From: Octopus sinensis
Taxonomy: Eukaryota
DNA length: 64,000 nucleotides
Reading direction: 5' to 3'
Assembly (NCBI RefSeq): GCF_006345805.1
Contig: NC_043006.1
Span: forward strand, 43,152,001-43,216,000
The translations under genes were made by a program, and so were the position numbers. The notes below the pieces were generated by a model. The model ran no database searches. It saw only the letters and a list, made by a program, of their open reading frames with translations, and was not told the DNA's origin. Positions 36,712-49,377 of this stretch are shown in pieces; within the stretch, counting starts at the first letter, position 1; each line of letters starts with the position of its first letter.

Positions 36712-37250
36712 GGCGCAGGAGTGGCTGTGTGGTAAGTAGTTGCTTACCAACCACATGGGTTCTGGGTCCAATCCCACTGTGTGGCACCTCAGACAAGTGT
36801 CTTCTACTATATCCTCGGGCCAACCAAAACCTTGTGAGTGGATATGGTAAATGGAAACTGAAAGAAGCCTGTCGCATATATATAGGGAGAATTCACAAAA
36901 AAAAAAAAAATGAAGACAGGAGGTGTAGACAACAACCAGATGTATTAGTATAACGCTCAGGAAGTGAAAAAGTCTTTAACGTTTTGAGCCTATGCTCTTC
37001 CACAGGAAGGAACAAGGAGAGAAAATAAGGGATGTGTAGTGACTAGTGACGTGTGTGTGTGTCTATTTGTCCTCCCACCATCATTTGACAACCAATGCTA
37101 GTGTGCTTACATCCCTGTAACTTAGCGGTTTGGTAAAAGAGACCGATAGAATAAGTACTAGGCTTACAAAGAATAAATCCTGGGGTCGATTTGTTCAACT
37201 AAAGGTGGTGCTCCAGCATGGCTGCAGTCAAATGACTGAAACAAATGTAA
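36712..37250 (+). mobile_element. SINE S1 with a ~170 bp insertion in its microsatellite
   Basis: S1 head at 36712, foreign insert ~36875-37045, S1 3' half to ~37250. Confidence 0.8.
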
Positions 37251-38045
37251 AAAAATAAAAACGTGAAGATTTCTTTTTTCAGATTTTAACAGGTGTCATA
37301 CAGGTTTTAGTTCCAAAACATGTCAACGTTGATTTAATCAAGGAGATACCGAACCAGTTTTCCAAAGATGGAAAACCATGATAAATCTACAAATCAAAAG
37401 TAACAAAGCAGTAATTCCAAAATGTACTATTTACCAAGCAAACGAAGTGTGTAATGGTAACACATTTTGTAAGTCAATAAATTGTAACATAAGTCATTAA
37501 AGCAAAAATTTCCTCATCACAGAAATATTGTGTTTGTTCCAACAATCACCCTTTCTACTAGAGGCGATGAATTTTCATTTAAACTAATAAGAAAAGAGGT
37601 TCCAATTAAATTAGCAATAATAATGACAATAAATAAATCAGAAAAGCAAACATTTGGAAAGAATTGTGTTGTATTTACTGAAGTCAGTATTCTCTCATGG
37701 TAAATTAAATGTTAGCTTTTCAAGAGTGTCAAAAAAGATTGTTCAGATTTGAATGCATTCAATATCACAGAGAAAGAATAGACAACAGAATTTCATATTC
37801 TGTTATTCTATTATTCTTCTAGTTTGTTTCAGTCATTTGACTGTGGCCATGTTGGAGCACTGCTTTGAAGGGTTGTTTTTAGTCGAACAAATTGACCTGC
37901 AGTGTTTATTGTTTGTAAGCCTAGTACATATTTTATCAGCTTCTATTGATGAACTGCTAAGTTACATGGACATAAACACACTAACATTGGTTGTCAAGCG
38001 ATGGCGAGGGGCAGGGAACAAACAGACACATACATACATACATAT

Positions 38046-38113
<68 letters not shown>

Positions 38114-38333
38114 CATGCATATATATACACATATATATATATATCTATATATATATATATATCATCATCATCATCATCATCATCATTTAGCGTCCGCTTT
38201 CCATGCTAGCATGGGTTGGACGGGTCAACTGGGGTCTGTGAAGCTGGAAGGCTTCGTCAGGCCCAGTCAGATCTGGCAGTGTTTCTACGGCTGGATGCCC
38301 TTCCTAACGCCAACCACTCCGCGAGTGTAGTGG

Positions 38334-39000
38334 GTGGTTTTTACGTGCCACCTGCACAGGTGCCAGACAGGGCTGACGAACGGATGGTGCTTTTACGTGT
38401 CACCGGCACGGGGCCAGGCGATGCTGGCAACGGACACGAACGGATGGTGCTTTTACGTGCCACCGACACGGGGCCAGGCGATGCTGGCAACGGACACGAA
38501 CGGATGGTGCTTTTACGTGCCACCGACACGGGGCCAGACAGAGCTGGCAAATGGCCACGAACGGACGGTGCTTTTACGTGTCACCGGCACGGGGGCCAGC
38601 CGAGGCTGGCAATGGACGCGAACAGATGGTGCTTTTACGTGCCACCGACATGGTTGCCAGACAGAGATGGCAAACGGCCATGAACGGACGGTGCTTTTAC
38701 GTGTCACCGGCACGGGGGCCAGCCGAGGCTGGCAACGGACACGAACGGATGGTGCTTTTACGTGCCACCGACACGGGGCCAGACAGAGCTGGCAAACGGC
38801 CACGAACGGGCGGTGCTTTTACGTGTCACCGGCACGGGGCCAGGCGAGGCTGGCAACGAACACGAACGGATGGTGCTTTTACGTGCCACCGACACAGGGG
38901 CCAGGCAGAGCTGGCAAACGGCCACGAGCGAATGGTGCTTTTACGTATCACCGGCACGGGTGCCAGACGAGGCTGACAGTGGACACGAACGGATGGGTCA
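38334..39000. repeat. Tandem array of eleven ~60-62 bp GC-rich units in the RTE 3' UTR
   Basis: GGTGCTTTTACGTG recurs at 38386, 38446, 38506, 38567, 38628, 38690, 38751, 38812, 38872 and 38934, plus a degenerate first unit at ~38334. Confidence 0.95.
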
Positions 39001-39049
39001 CTTAACCCCTGCTTTCTGATATATGATTTGATTTTGATTGTTCTCACTG

Positions 39050-40117
39050 GTCTTGCCGGGTCTTCTCACGCACAGCATACTTCCATAGGTCTCGGTCTCT
39101 TGTCATTTCCTTGGTGAGACCTAGAGTTCAAAGGTCGTGCTTCACCACCTCGACCCAGGTTTTCCTGGGTCTACCTCTTCCACAGGTCCCCTCAACTGCC
39201 AGGGTGTGGCACTTTTTCACACACCTATCTTCATCCATTCTCACCACATGACCATACCAGCGCAATCGTCTCTCTTGCACACAACATCTGATTCCTCTTA
39301 GGTCCAACTTTTCTCTCAAGGTACTTACACTCTGTCGACTATGAACACTGACATTACACATCCAACGGAGCATACTAGCTTCATTTCTTGCGAGCTTACG
39401 CATGTCCTCAGCAGTCACGGCCCATGTTTCACTGCCATGTAGCATGGCTGTTCGTACACATGCATCATACAGTCTGCCTTTTACTCTGAGCAAGAGGCCT
39501 TTAGTCACCAACAGAGGTAAGAGCTCCCTAAACTTTGCCCAGGCTAATCTTACTCTAGCCGTTACACTTTCAGCACACCCACCCCCACTACTGACTTGGT
39601 CACCAAGATAACGGAAGCTATCAACTACTTCTAGTTTTTCCCCCTGGAAAGTGACGGAAGTTGTTTTCTGCAGATTTTCAGAGGTTAATGCTCCCGAGCA
39701 TCTGCCACATACAAAAACCATCTTCCTAGTTAGCCTTCCTATGACATTGCTGCACCTCTTATGTGTCCATAGCTTACACTTGGTGCATCTTATAGAGTTT
39801 CTACCTACACCTTTTCTACAGATCGAGCAGGGCCATCTACCTGAAGGCGTTTGTGATTTGTCTACCTTCCTACTTATTAGGACTTTGGTTTTAGCTAGGT
39901 TGACTCTAAGGCCCTTCGATTCTAAACCATGCTTCCACACCTGAAACTTCTTCTCCAGTTCTGATAATGACTCAGCAATTAGAGCAAGGTCATCAGCATA
40001 GAGGAGCTCCCAGGGGCATCCTGTCTTGAATTCCTCCGTTATTGCCTGGAGGACTATGATAAATAGGAGGGGGCTGAGGACTGAGCCTTGGTGGACCCCT
40101 ACCTCTACCCGGAATTC
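39050..40117 (-). pseudogene. RTE reverse transcriptase C-terminal half with embedded PHD-like C4HC3 finger
   Basis: GVHQGSVLSPLLF, LLYADDL, FRYLG and RRLRWYGHVVRM...RGRPRKTW motifs. A premature TGA at 39128-39130 replaces the Arg seen in the sister copy at 24128-24382 (KHDLRTLGL). Confidence 0.9.
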
Positions 40118-40879
40118 TATACATATATATACTCTTTTACTTGTTTCAGTCATTTGACTGTGGCCATGCTGGAGCACCGCCTTTAGTCGAGCAAATCGAC
40201 CCCAAGACTTATTCTTTATAAGCCTAGTACTTATTCTATCAGTCTCTTGCTGAACCGCTAAGTTACGGGGATGTTAACACTGCAGTATCGGTTGTCAAGT
40301 GATGTTGGGAGGACAAACACAGACACACAAATATATACACACATACATCATTGTCATCATCATCGTTATCATCATCATTATCACAATCGCCATTGTCATC
40401 GCTGTCATCAGTAGGATTATCATCATCATATAACATCTATTTTTCCATGTTGTCATGGATTAGATGGTTTGACTTGATCTGATCAATATCATCTTTATCT
40501 TCTGCCCAGCTACTCCCATCGTTATTATCTTTATCTTCTGCCCAGCCACTCCCTTTTAATGTCATACAATGCAGGGTAGCCATGTATCTTCTCAAGGAGC
40601 AAGACATTGTGTTTGTCCTTCTCTCAAAACCAGCCATAAACCACCTCACCCCTTTAGTTGAAGGGGTTTTTACTTGTTTTGCAAGTTACTTGGTGACCTC
40701 ACTAGTCCTGGTGGCATGAGAAAAGTTCCAAGTCAATGCTATAAAGTGGTTGGTATTAGGAAGGGCATTCAACTGTAGAAACCTGTTGTATAAACCCTGC
40801 CAAAGCTGACCTTGGAGCTTGACACAGCCTTGCGGCTTACCAGATCAAGTGGAACCATGACAGCATGGAAAAATAGATG

Positions 40880-41066
40880 TTATATGATGATGGTGATGAT
40901 GATCCTGCTGATGAGAGTGATGACAATGGTGATGATGATGATGATGACAGCGATGATGATAACGATGATGATGGTGATGATGATGATCCCGCTGATAACA
41001 GCTATGACAATAGCTATTATGATGATGATGATGATGATAACGATGATGATGATGATGATTTCCATC
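40880..41066. repeat. (GAT)n degenerate tract (RTE-type tail)
   Basis: Follows CAGCATGGAAAAATAGATGTTATA, an RTE tail end. Confidence 0.9.
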
Positions 41067-41334
41067 AGCAATAGAGTGCAGGAGCAGAAGACCGTTTAAA
41101 ACGAATGCAAGGAATACACTGCCACACTTTCCACCCTCTCCCCAGCCCTCTCTCACTTTACAATATAACCGTTTAAGCCATACCAATACAAATAATTCTA
41201 AAAGCCTTCACCAAAATGGATTTTGATAAATTTATGGCTTCTTCACTTTCTATTTCCTGGCAAAGAAAAAAATCTGTTAGAATCAGTACCAGAGATTTAA
41301 AACAATGTACTGCGGTTAGTTTGTTCATCTAAAC

Positions 41335-41590
41335 CAGTGGTTCCAAAGTGGGCGGTATTGTCCTCCTCCTCGCTAGGCGTGGTGGAAAGTTCCTCGGTGG
41401 GTGTTGAAGAAAAGTGGGGTGATAATGGGGTAGCGATTCATGTAAAAAAAACAAAAACATTGGGTTAAGTTTTATTTGTGAAATACAGTTACTTTGAATT
41501 TGTTTTGTGATGGTTAGCTAGGGTGAAGATGCTAAGAATGTGACCTGGATGTGAAGGGGGTGGCAGCCCCAAAAAGTTTGGAAACCACTG
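41335..41590. mobile_element. hAT (Charlie-like) MITE inserted in a SINE
   Basis: TIRs CAGTGGTTCCAAAGT and AGTTTGGAAACCACTG. Perfect 8 bp TSD ATCTAAAC (41327-41334 and 41591-41598) close to the NTCTAGAN Charlie target. Confidence 0.9.
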
Positions 41591-43394
41591 ATCTAAACCC
41601 TTCAAGTTGGTGTCCCAGCATGGCCACAGCCTAATCACTGAAACAAGTAAAAGATAGATAGATAGATAAAGAGAGAGATGCAGATGTGGCTGTGTGGTAA
41701 GAAGATTGCTTTTCAACAGTGTGGTTCCCAGTTCAGTTCCCCTGTATAGCACCTTGGGCAAGTACCTTCTTGTATAGCCTCAGGCTGGTCAAAGCCTTGT
41801 GAGTGGATCTGATTTTGGCAATCATAAACTGAAAGAAGCCCATCATGTGTATACATATATATATATATATATATATATGTTTTTTTCGTTGTTCGAAAAA
41901 ATGTTCGTTTTCTGTGTTTTTCTTTTTATGTTTTCATTTCTCATTATATTCAACATTTTTTGATGTCCTGTACCCATATATGCATGTATATATACATATA
42001 TATGTAGGTATGTACATATATGTATGTATATATGCATATATTTATATATTATTTATGTTATTATTTATCTTATTATATGATCGAATGCCATGCATCCTTT
42101 TCCAAGTAAGTTTTATCTTAATAATTATGATGCACACTCTTCTATCTCTACTGTGACTTCTCTGTCTATCTCTCTCCCTCTCTTGTTTTTCATCCTTTCT
42201 GGTTTTCTCTCCCACCCTTCCCTATTCTTCTCCTCTCATCTTCACCATTCCCTCTCTCTCACTCCTCCTCCTTGACTCTCGTCGCTGACATGTGACGAAA
42301 GGGAATCTATCTTTCTGTCCATTTCCTTCCTTCAGATAACACGTGCTTATACCTGGCTCCTCTCATAGCTTGTCCTCTTAGCATTCATAATAATTTTTCT
42401 ATCGCCTTGGCCCAACAGTCCTCACCGTTTGTTTTTACTGTCTTGTTCTCACTGACCTGTTCTTGTTACCACTTATACCCTCCTCAAAAATCCCAAATTT
42501 TATTTAATTTACTTTGCAGGTAGGACTGTTTCAATGAAGTCATGTATTGACCTTGCCTTCGAAAATGGAGTAGATGAAACAGGGACAACTGCTGAAGGAG
42601 GATATTCTTTATGTTGCATTTCTTGTTTCTCTGTTTATTTTTTTCGTTGTTCAAAAAAAAGTTTGTTTTCTATGTTTTTGCTTTTAGGTTTTCGGTTCTC
42701 ATTTGTGTTCAACGTTTTTTGATGTCCCATACCCATATATGCATATATATATATATACATATATATGTAGGTATGTATACATGCATATATTTATATATTA
42801 TTTTTATATACATATGTCCCCCCAACATCGCTTGACAACCGATGCTGGTGTGTTTACGTCCCCATAACTTAGCGGTTCAGCAAAAGAGACTGATAGAATA
42901 AGTACTAAGCTAACAAAAAATAAGTCCTGGGTTCGATTTGCTTGACTAAAGGCGGTGCTCCAGCATGGCTGCAGTCAAATGACAGAAATAAGTAAAAGAG
43001 TAAAAGATATATATATAGTTTAGTTTTCAACTAGCAATAACCACGCCTCGGATTTACCTCATTGGCCATGGTACCGCCTCTAAAATTTAATAGGCATCAT
43101 TACCATTATTAATAATAATAATAAAGTGGCTAGCAAGTTTATACCGTTATATAAATAAAATTCAGTAGGGTATTAAAATATCACTTGCTATAAACAGGGC
43201 TATCACTCTACAACCTCAGATTACTCCCTAATAAAATACACACAGGGAATACAACAAACATAACAGAAATAGGCTCACCTTGTATGAATTACAGAAGTAA
43301 AGACTACGTATATTCTGGGGTCGATTGATTTTGTTTTCTGTATGATTATCATACTTGAAGCTTCTCAGTCAGACTTAACGCAAAACATCTTTCT

Positions 43395-43748
43395 TTCATT
43401 TGCTTCAGTCGTTTGACTGTGGCCATGCTGGAGCACCACCTTTTGTCGAGCAAATCAACTGCAGGACTTTGTAAGCCTGGTACTTATTCTGTCAGTCTCT
43501 TTTGCCAAAACGCTATGTTACAGGGACATAAACACACCACCATCGGTTGGCAAGAAGGGGACAAACACACACACATATATATATATGATGGGCTTCTTTC
43601 AGTTTCTGTCTACTAAATCCACCTACAAGGCTTTGATCGGCCCGAGGCTATAGTAGAAGACACTTGCCCAAGATGCCATGCAGTGGGACTGAACCCGAAA
43701 CCATATGGTTGGTAAGCAAGCTACTTACCACACAGCAACTCCTGCACC
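43395..43748 (-). mobile_element. SINE S1
   Basis: Reverse-complement match to 22773-23180. Confidence 0.82.
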
Positions 43749-44081
43749 TTATGAAATATTCCTCAAATTACACCATGTGTGTTGTTTCGTTTGAATGCCC
43801 CTGCAACATTCAAAAATGAACATAACATGAGCCAGTATATATAACAATATCCTACTGAATTTTATTAATTATTAATTAAGATAGAAATTTAAATGTAATA
43901 AAATGTTTTAAAAGAAATTTAAAGTGCCTACGTGATAACTGTAAACCTACTTTTGGGCTACCCTGTATATAAATATATAATTATATAAATCTACAAAGAC
44001 ATGCAGGTGTCAATTCATTATGGCCATTTCAAGTGACTCCAAGGTGCTTCAATGTAATTGCCTAATTCAACTGATTCTTAA

Positions 44082-44587
44082 TCTATATATATAAAACTCT
44101 AGTTGTGTGAGTGTCTGTCCCCTTCGATTTAGATTCCTAACTCCTCCCACATTTTGCGGTGCAGTTTAACCAAATTCAGGTATCTTATAGTCGTGATTCA
44201 TATCGAGCCCGTCTGACTATTAGCGCGCATCAACGATGAGTCTACGATTTTAAAAATAATTTAACATCATTTTTTATTCCATTTTAAAGCATAAAATGCA
44301 TCGTATGTCGATGGCGGCGGAGTTGGCGTCCACGCTCACAGCTGCACCTGTTTGCTTCTCCCCCTTCCCTCCCTCGTGAAGCTGTGGGGAAGGGAGTGTA
44401 AAGAAATCAACGTCGTAATGCGTTGTGAAGGAAACCAGCGTTCTTTTAGAACAACGACTTCATGGCTTGAAGACACCAAAACAAAAATGGCTAAGAAAGC
44501 CCGAATTTATAAGGGAAGTAACTCTCTAAAAATGCTTATATAGTTATTTCCCTTACAAACCCGAGCAATGCCGGGCGATACTGCTAG
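44082..44587 (+). mobile_element. Non-autonomous Helitron (second copy)
   Basis: A|TCTATATATATAAAACT...CCCGAGCAATGCCGGGCGATACTGCTAG|T. Confidence 0.88.
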
Positions 44588-45111
44588 TTATATATATATC
44601 TTTTATCTGTTACTAGTTTCAGTCACAGGACTGTGGCCATGCTGGGGCACAATCTTGAAGAAATTTTAGTCGAATGCATTGACCCCAGTATTTGTTGGTT
44701 TTGGTAAACCTAGTATTTATTCTATTGGCCTCTTTTGTCAAACTGCTAAGTTACAGATCATAAACACACTAACGTATTAATGCATATCATCATCATTTAG
44801 TGTCCATTTTCCATGCTGGCATGGGTTGGATGATTTGACTGTAATTGGCAAGCCAGAGACCTGTACGAGGCTCTAGTCTGCTTTTGGCTTGGTTTCTACA
44901 GCTGGATGCCCTTCTTAACACCAGCCATTCCAAGAGTGTAGTTTATGCCTTTAACATATCACCAATATGGGAGACCTTTTATGTGTTGCTTGTATGAGTC
45001 CCTTTTATGTGTCACTGCCACAAGTCCCTTTTACACAGTCAGAAAGAGCGAGAGAGATCAGAGCAGAAAGGAGAGCATGTAAACAAATGACAATGGTGGG
45101 TAGCTCTCTCT

Positions 45112-45497
45112 CTTTTACTTTCTTCAGTCATTTGACTGTGGCCATGCTGGAGCACCGCCTTTAGTTGAGCAAATCGCCCCCAAGACTTATTCTTTGTAAG
45201 CCTAGTGCTCATTTTATCAGTCTCTTTTGCCAAACAGCTAAGTTACAGGGAAGTAAACACACCAGCATCGATTGTCAAGTAATGTTCGGGGAATAAACAC
45301 TGACATACAAACATATACACACACATATAGGCGTAGGAGTGGCTGTGTGGTAAGTAGCTTGCTTACAAACCATATGGTTCCGGGTTCAGTACCACTGTGT
45401 GGCACCTTGGGCAAGTGTCTTCTACTATAGCCTTGGACTGACCAAAGCCTTGTGAGTGGATTTGGTTGATGGAAACTGAAAGAAGCCTGTCATATAA

Positions 45498-45541
<44 letters not shown>

Positions 45542-45915
45542 GTATGTGTGTATACGTTTGTCTGTCTGTCTTTGTCCCCCCAACATCACTTGACAACCGA
45601 TGCTAGTGTGTTTATGTCCCTATAACTTAGCGTTTTGGCAAGAGAGACCAATAGAATAAGTACTAGGCTTACAAAGAATAAGTCCTGGGGCCAATTTGCT
45701 TGACTAAAGGTGGTGCTCCAGCATGGCCACAGTCAAATGACTGATACAGGTAAAAGAGATACATATCAGTTTCCGTCTACCAAATCCATTCACAAAGTTT
45801 TGGTTGGCCTGAGGCTATAGTAATAGACACTTGCCCAAGATGCCACGCAGTGGGACTGAACCTGGAGCCATGTAATTGGTAAGCAAGCTACTTACCACAC
45901 AGCCACTCCTATACC
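45112..45915. mobile_element. Minus-strand SINE S1 interrupted by a plus-strand S1 (45330-45758)
   Basis: 3' half at 45112-45329 and 5' half at 45765-45915 on minus, flanking a complete plus copy. Confidence 0.82.
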
Positions 45916-46119
45916 TGTAAGTTAACAATCAAAATTAATTGATTGTCACTCAGAGAAATAGAAAGTGTTTTGACATTACAAACATTATGCTTTCTTGGAA
46001 TTGAATGTTGGATGATAAGAAACGAAGAAAAGATGAGGAAAATCCAAAAAAAATGAAGATTTTTATCAAATCCAAAAATATCCAAATGAAGATTGTCGAT
46101 AAATATGTATACACACTTG

Positions 46120-46296
46120 TACAGAAACACACACATGCATATGCACACAGGTATATGTATATGATATACATGTGTGTGCATGTGTATGCATATATATATA
46201 TTTATATATACACACACACATGTATATATATACAAATGTATACACACACAATCGTATGCATACATATATATATATATATAAATATATACATATATG

Positions 46297-46352
<56 letters not shown>

Positions 46353-46475
46353 AATCTACATATATATTTATGTATATATATATGTACACACATATATGCA
46401 CACACACACACACAAACACACATATACACACATACACATGTATAAACAATATGTATATATATTGTGTGTGTCTCT
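46120..46475. repeat. (TA/CA)n microsatellite block
   Basis: Direct reading. Similar blocks are at 38030-38160, 53540-53890, 54830-55075, 57165-57356, 58120-58335 and 63340-63650. Confidence 0.95.
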
Positions 46476-46784
46476 GTCTGTGTTATGAATTTTAATTTTA
46501 GCTGTAAACCAAATTACTGATGAAAGATATATATCATTTTATCTTGTGAATCGTAAGATATGAAGAAAATAATATAGAGAAGTTCAGAGAAATGTGCAAA
46601 TAGGTTAAAAAATGAGACACTCAAAAGTACAGAGGGAAAGACAGACAGACAGACAACCAGAGAGAGAGAGAGACAGAGGTGGTGTGTTCAGAGTTATTTT
46701 TTTTTTAAGTATGCTATGAAAAACGACTTAATATTTTATGAAGAAAATAGCACATTGGAAGCTCATATATATACATAATCTTTT

Positions 46785-47335
46785 CTACTCTAACCATAAG
46801 GCCCAAAATTATGGGGGATGGGGCCAGCTGATTAGATTGACCCCAATACATAACTGGTACTTAATTTATTAACCCCCAAAAGGATGGAAGGCAAAGTCGA
46901 CCTTGGCAGAATTTGAACTCAGAATGTAAAGACAGATGTAATACCTATTTCTTTACTACCCACAAAGAGCTAAACACAGAGTGGACAAACAAGGACAGAC
47001 AAACGGATTAAGTCGATTATATCGACACCAGTGGTACTTATTTAATTGACCCTGAAAGGATGAAAGGCAAAGTCGACCTCAGCGGAATTTGAACACAGAA
47101 CGTAGCGGCAAACGAAATACCGCTAAGCATTTCGCCTGGCATGCTGACGTTTCTGCCAGCTCGCCACCTTAAAAATTTTCTTTACTACACTAGGCACAAG
47201 GACTGAAATTTGTGGGGAGGGGGCAAGTCAATTAGATCGACCCTAGTACACAACTGGTACTTAATTTATTGACCCCCAAAAGGATGAAAGGCAAAGTCAA
47301 CATCAGCAGAATTTGAACTCAGAACATAAAGACAG
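46785..47335 (-). mobile_element. Multimer of SINE S2
   Basis: Repeated AAAGGCAAAGTCGACC blocks, with junction AAAGAAATA|GGTATT on minus at ~46945. Confidence 0.8.
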
Positions 47336-47584
47336 TTATTGTGTTATCAACTCTCACTTGTTTTTGTGTAAGGTAATGTTTCCTGAAGGCCAGACATGTC
47401 TCCATGAAAGATCATGTGTATGGCAGTAACACTCATTTACAATCATCACGCAATGCCAAGACAAGGAAACACTAACATATATACACATACACACACACAC
47501 ACATATTGCACTTCAGTTTTGTTGCTCTGATGATGCACTCAACTATGATTGCATTGCACCTCATAGCAGAAACAGCCGTAAGTT

Positions 47585-47953
47585 CTCTTTTACTTGTTTC
47601 AGTCATTTGACTGTGGCCATGCTGGAACACTGCTTTTTGTCGAGCAAATTGAACCCAGGACTTATTCTTTGTAAGCCTAGTACTTATTCTATCAGTCTCT
47701 TTTGCCAAACTGCTAATTTACGGGGACATAAACACACCAGCATCGGTTGTCAAGCAATGTTGGGGGACAAACATATACACACACATACATATTTACGATA
47801 GGCTTCTTTCAGTTTCCGTCTACCAAATTCACTCACAAGGCTTTGGTTGGCCTGAGGCTATAATAGAAGACATTTGCCCAAGGTGTCGTGCAGTGGGACT
47901 GAACCCGGAACCATGTGGTTGGTAAGCAAGCTACTTACCACACAGCCACTCCT
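47585..47953 (-). mobile_element. SINE S1, full length
   Basis: Reverse-complement match to 22773-23180. Confidence 0.85.
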
Positions 47954-49377
47954 TGTCATTTATATGTTCTCTTGTAACTGCTCTGTACTCAACTGATACA
48001 TTTTTCTGAAGCACATGTATATTGAGATTATTTGTTTTGCTATCCCTAAGCAAAATAATAAAATATTACACATATATCTAATAGGCTTCTTTTTGTTCCC
48101 ATTTGCTAAATCACCCACGAGCCTGAATATAATTTTGTAATCTTAGCAGTACTTATTGAATTACCAGTTTCTGATTATTCATCTTCCTCACTCCTTACAA
48201 CATCTTTTCTTCAGCTTCAGCAACACAATTTTATAACAGCTTTCATTCAACTAACTACGCTACAACTAACAACAACTTGTTGCATTACTTAAAAATCGCA
48301 AGATTTATATCTGACAATTTTCTTACAGAAAACTTCTAAGAGCAATATAAACACAACCAATTCACCAACCGCTAGTATGACTAAATAATTCTAATTTCGT
48401 TCCTATTTTATTTTAATGCATATGTTATTGTATATTGTATTTGAAACTTCTATGCTAACTATACTATTCCTTTGTATCTGCTTTATTGCTTCATTTAATT
48501 ACTTCATCTCGTGTTGTTTTACTAGATGTTTATTTTTACTCCTAAGTCATACAATTTGATACTTTATATAATATCAACTTTTCTTATCGTATTCTTCGTG
48601 ACCATAATTTAAATAATTATATACAGAATTTCATCTCTGTGTATTTAACAACACTAATATAAACAACAATAGCTACACAGAATCTCAGTATATAGATAAA
48701 AAAAAAATATTGAGTACATATTTGCTGAATTCAGATTACCCCAAGTGTAGGTATTCCTTTTCTTTTTCTTTTTTTCTTTTTTTTTTCACATGAATTCTAT
48801 GCCGTATATTTAAATGTTTTAAATATAGCCGTTCCGAATATACTGGTATATTTAATGGTTCTTGAAATGCACTAGTAACACATAATTAACATTTTTCTAC
48901 TTCATATTTTTATTTTTACTTCTGTCAATAATCAGAAATATAAAATATCAATGTACCCCAATATTTTACTGTTATATTCTTCCAGAAATATAAAAGCCAT
49001 CTCTAAGAACATTTTTCAATAATATTAAACTTATGTCCATCTTACAAAGTATCACTATTATTGATATCATTAATTTTATGTGCATATAAAATATGGTGGT
49101 AGCTTCCAATAAATTTTTCTTTCATAACATCTTTTTTTATAAATATAATAAAGAGCAACAAAACAAAGTTATATCATTTTTCCCTGTCCATATACTTGAG
49201 TATTTTCTTGTTTTTTTAACCTAACTAGCCATTTCTCTGAACTTTGAAATAAATCTTTTTTATTTCTTTTTGTCATATTTTTCTCATTACCTGAGTATTG
49301 ACAAAATCAAATGATAGATATCATTTGTAAGTAATTTAACTTTCAGCTAAGATTAAATAAAAAAATTATATGAATTA

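Larger units (their letters stand above)
38160..40117 (-). mobile_element. 5'-truncated RTE-clade LINE with long 3' UTR and (GAT)n tail
   Basis: The minus strand runs from RT coding sequence through the C-terminus to a ~60 bp tandem array, the palindrome CCATGCTAGCATGG and a (GAT)n tail at 38160-38186. Confidence 0.9.

Noticed and set aside
38334-39000. CRISPR-like repeat/spacer appearance (conserved GGTG...CACC motif every ~61 bp)
   Set aside because: The apparent spacers are homologous to each other and alternate A/B. The array lies in a eukaryotic LINE 3' UTR and there are no cas genes.
40812-41186. Asp-, His- or Met-rich ORFs (also 16447-16810, 60924-61394)
   Set aside because: They are trinucleotide repeat tails open in several frames on both strands.
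46005-46495. Cluster of YIYI/CVCV-rich ORFs (also 1127-1502, 18471-18994, 37753-38330, 53517-53925, 57169-57474, 63151-63758)
   Set aside because: They are translations of (TA)n, (CA)n and (GATA)n microsatellites.
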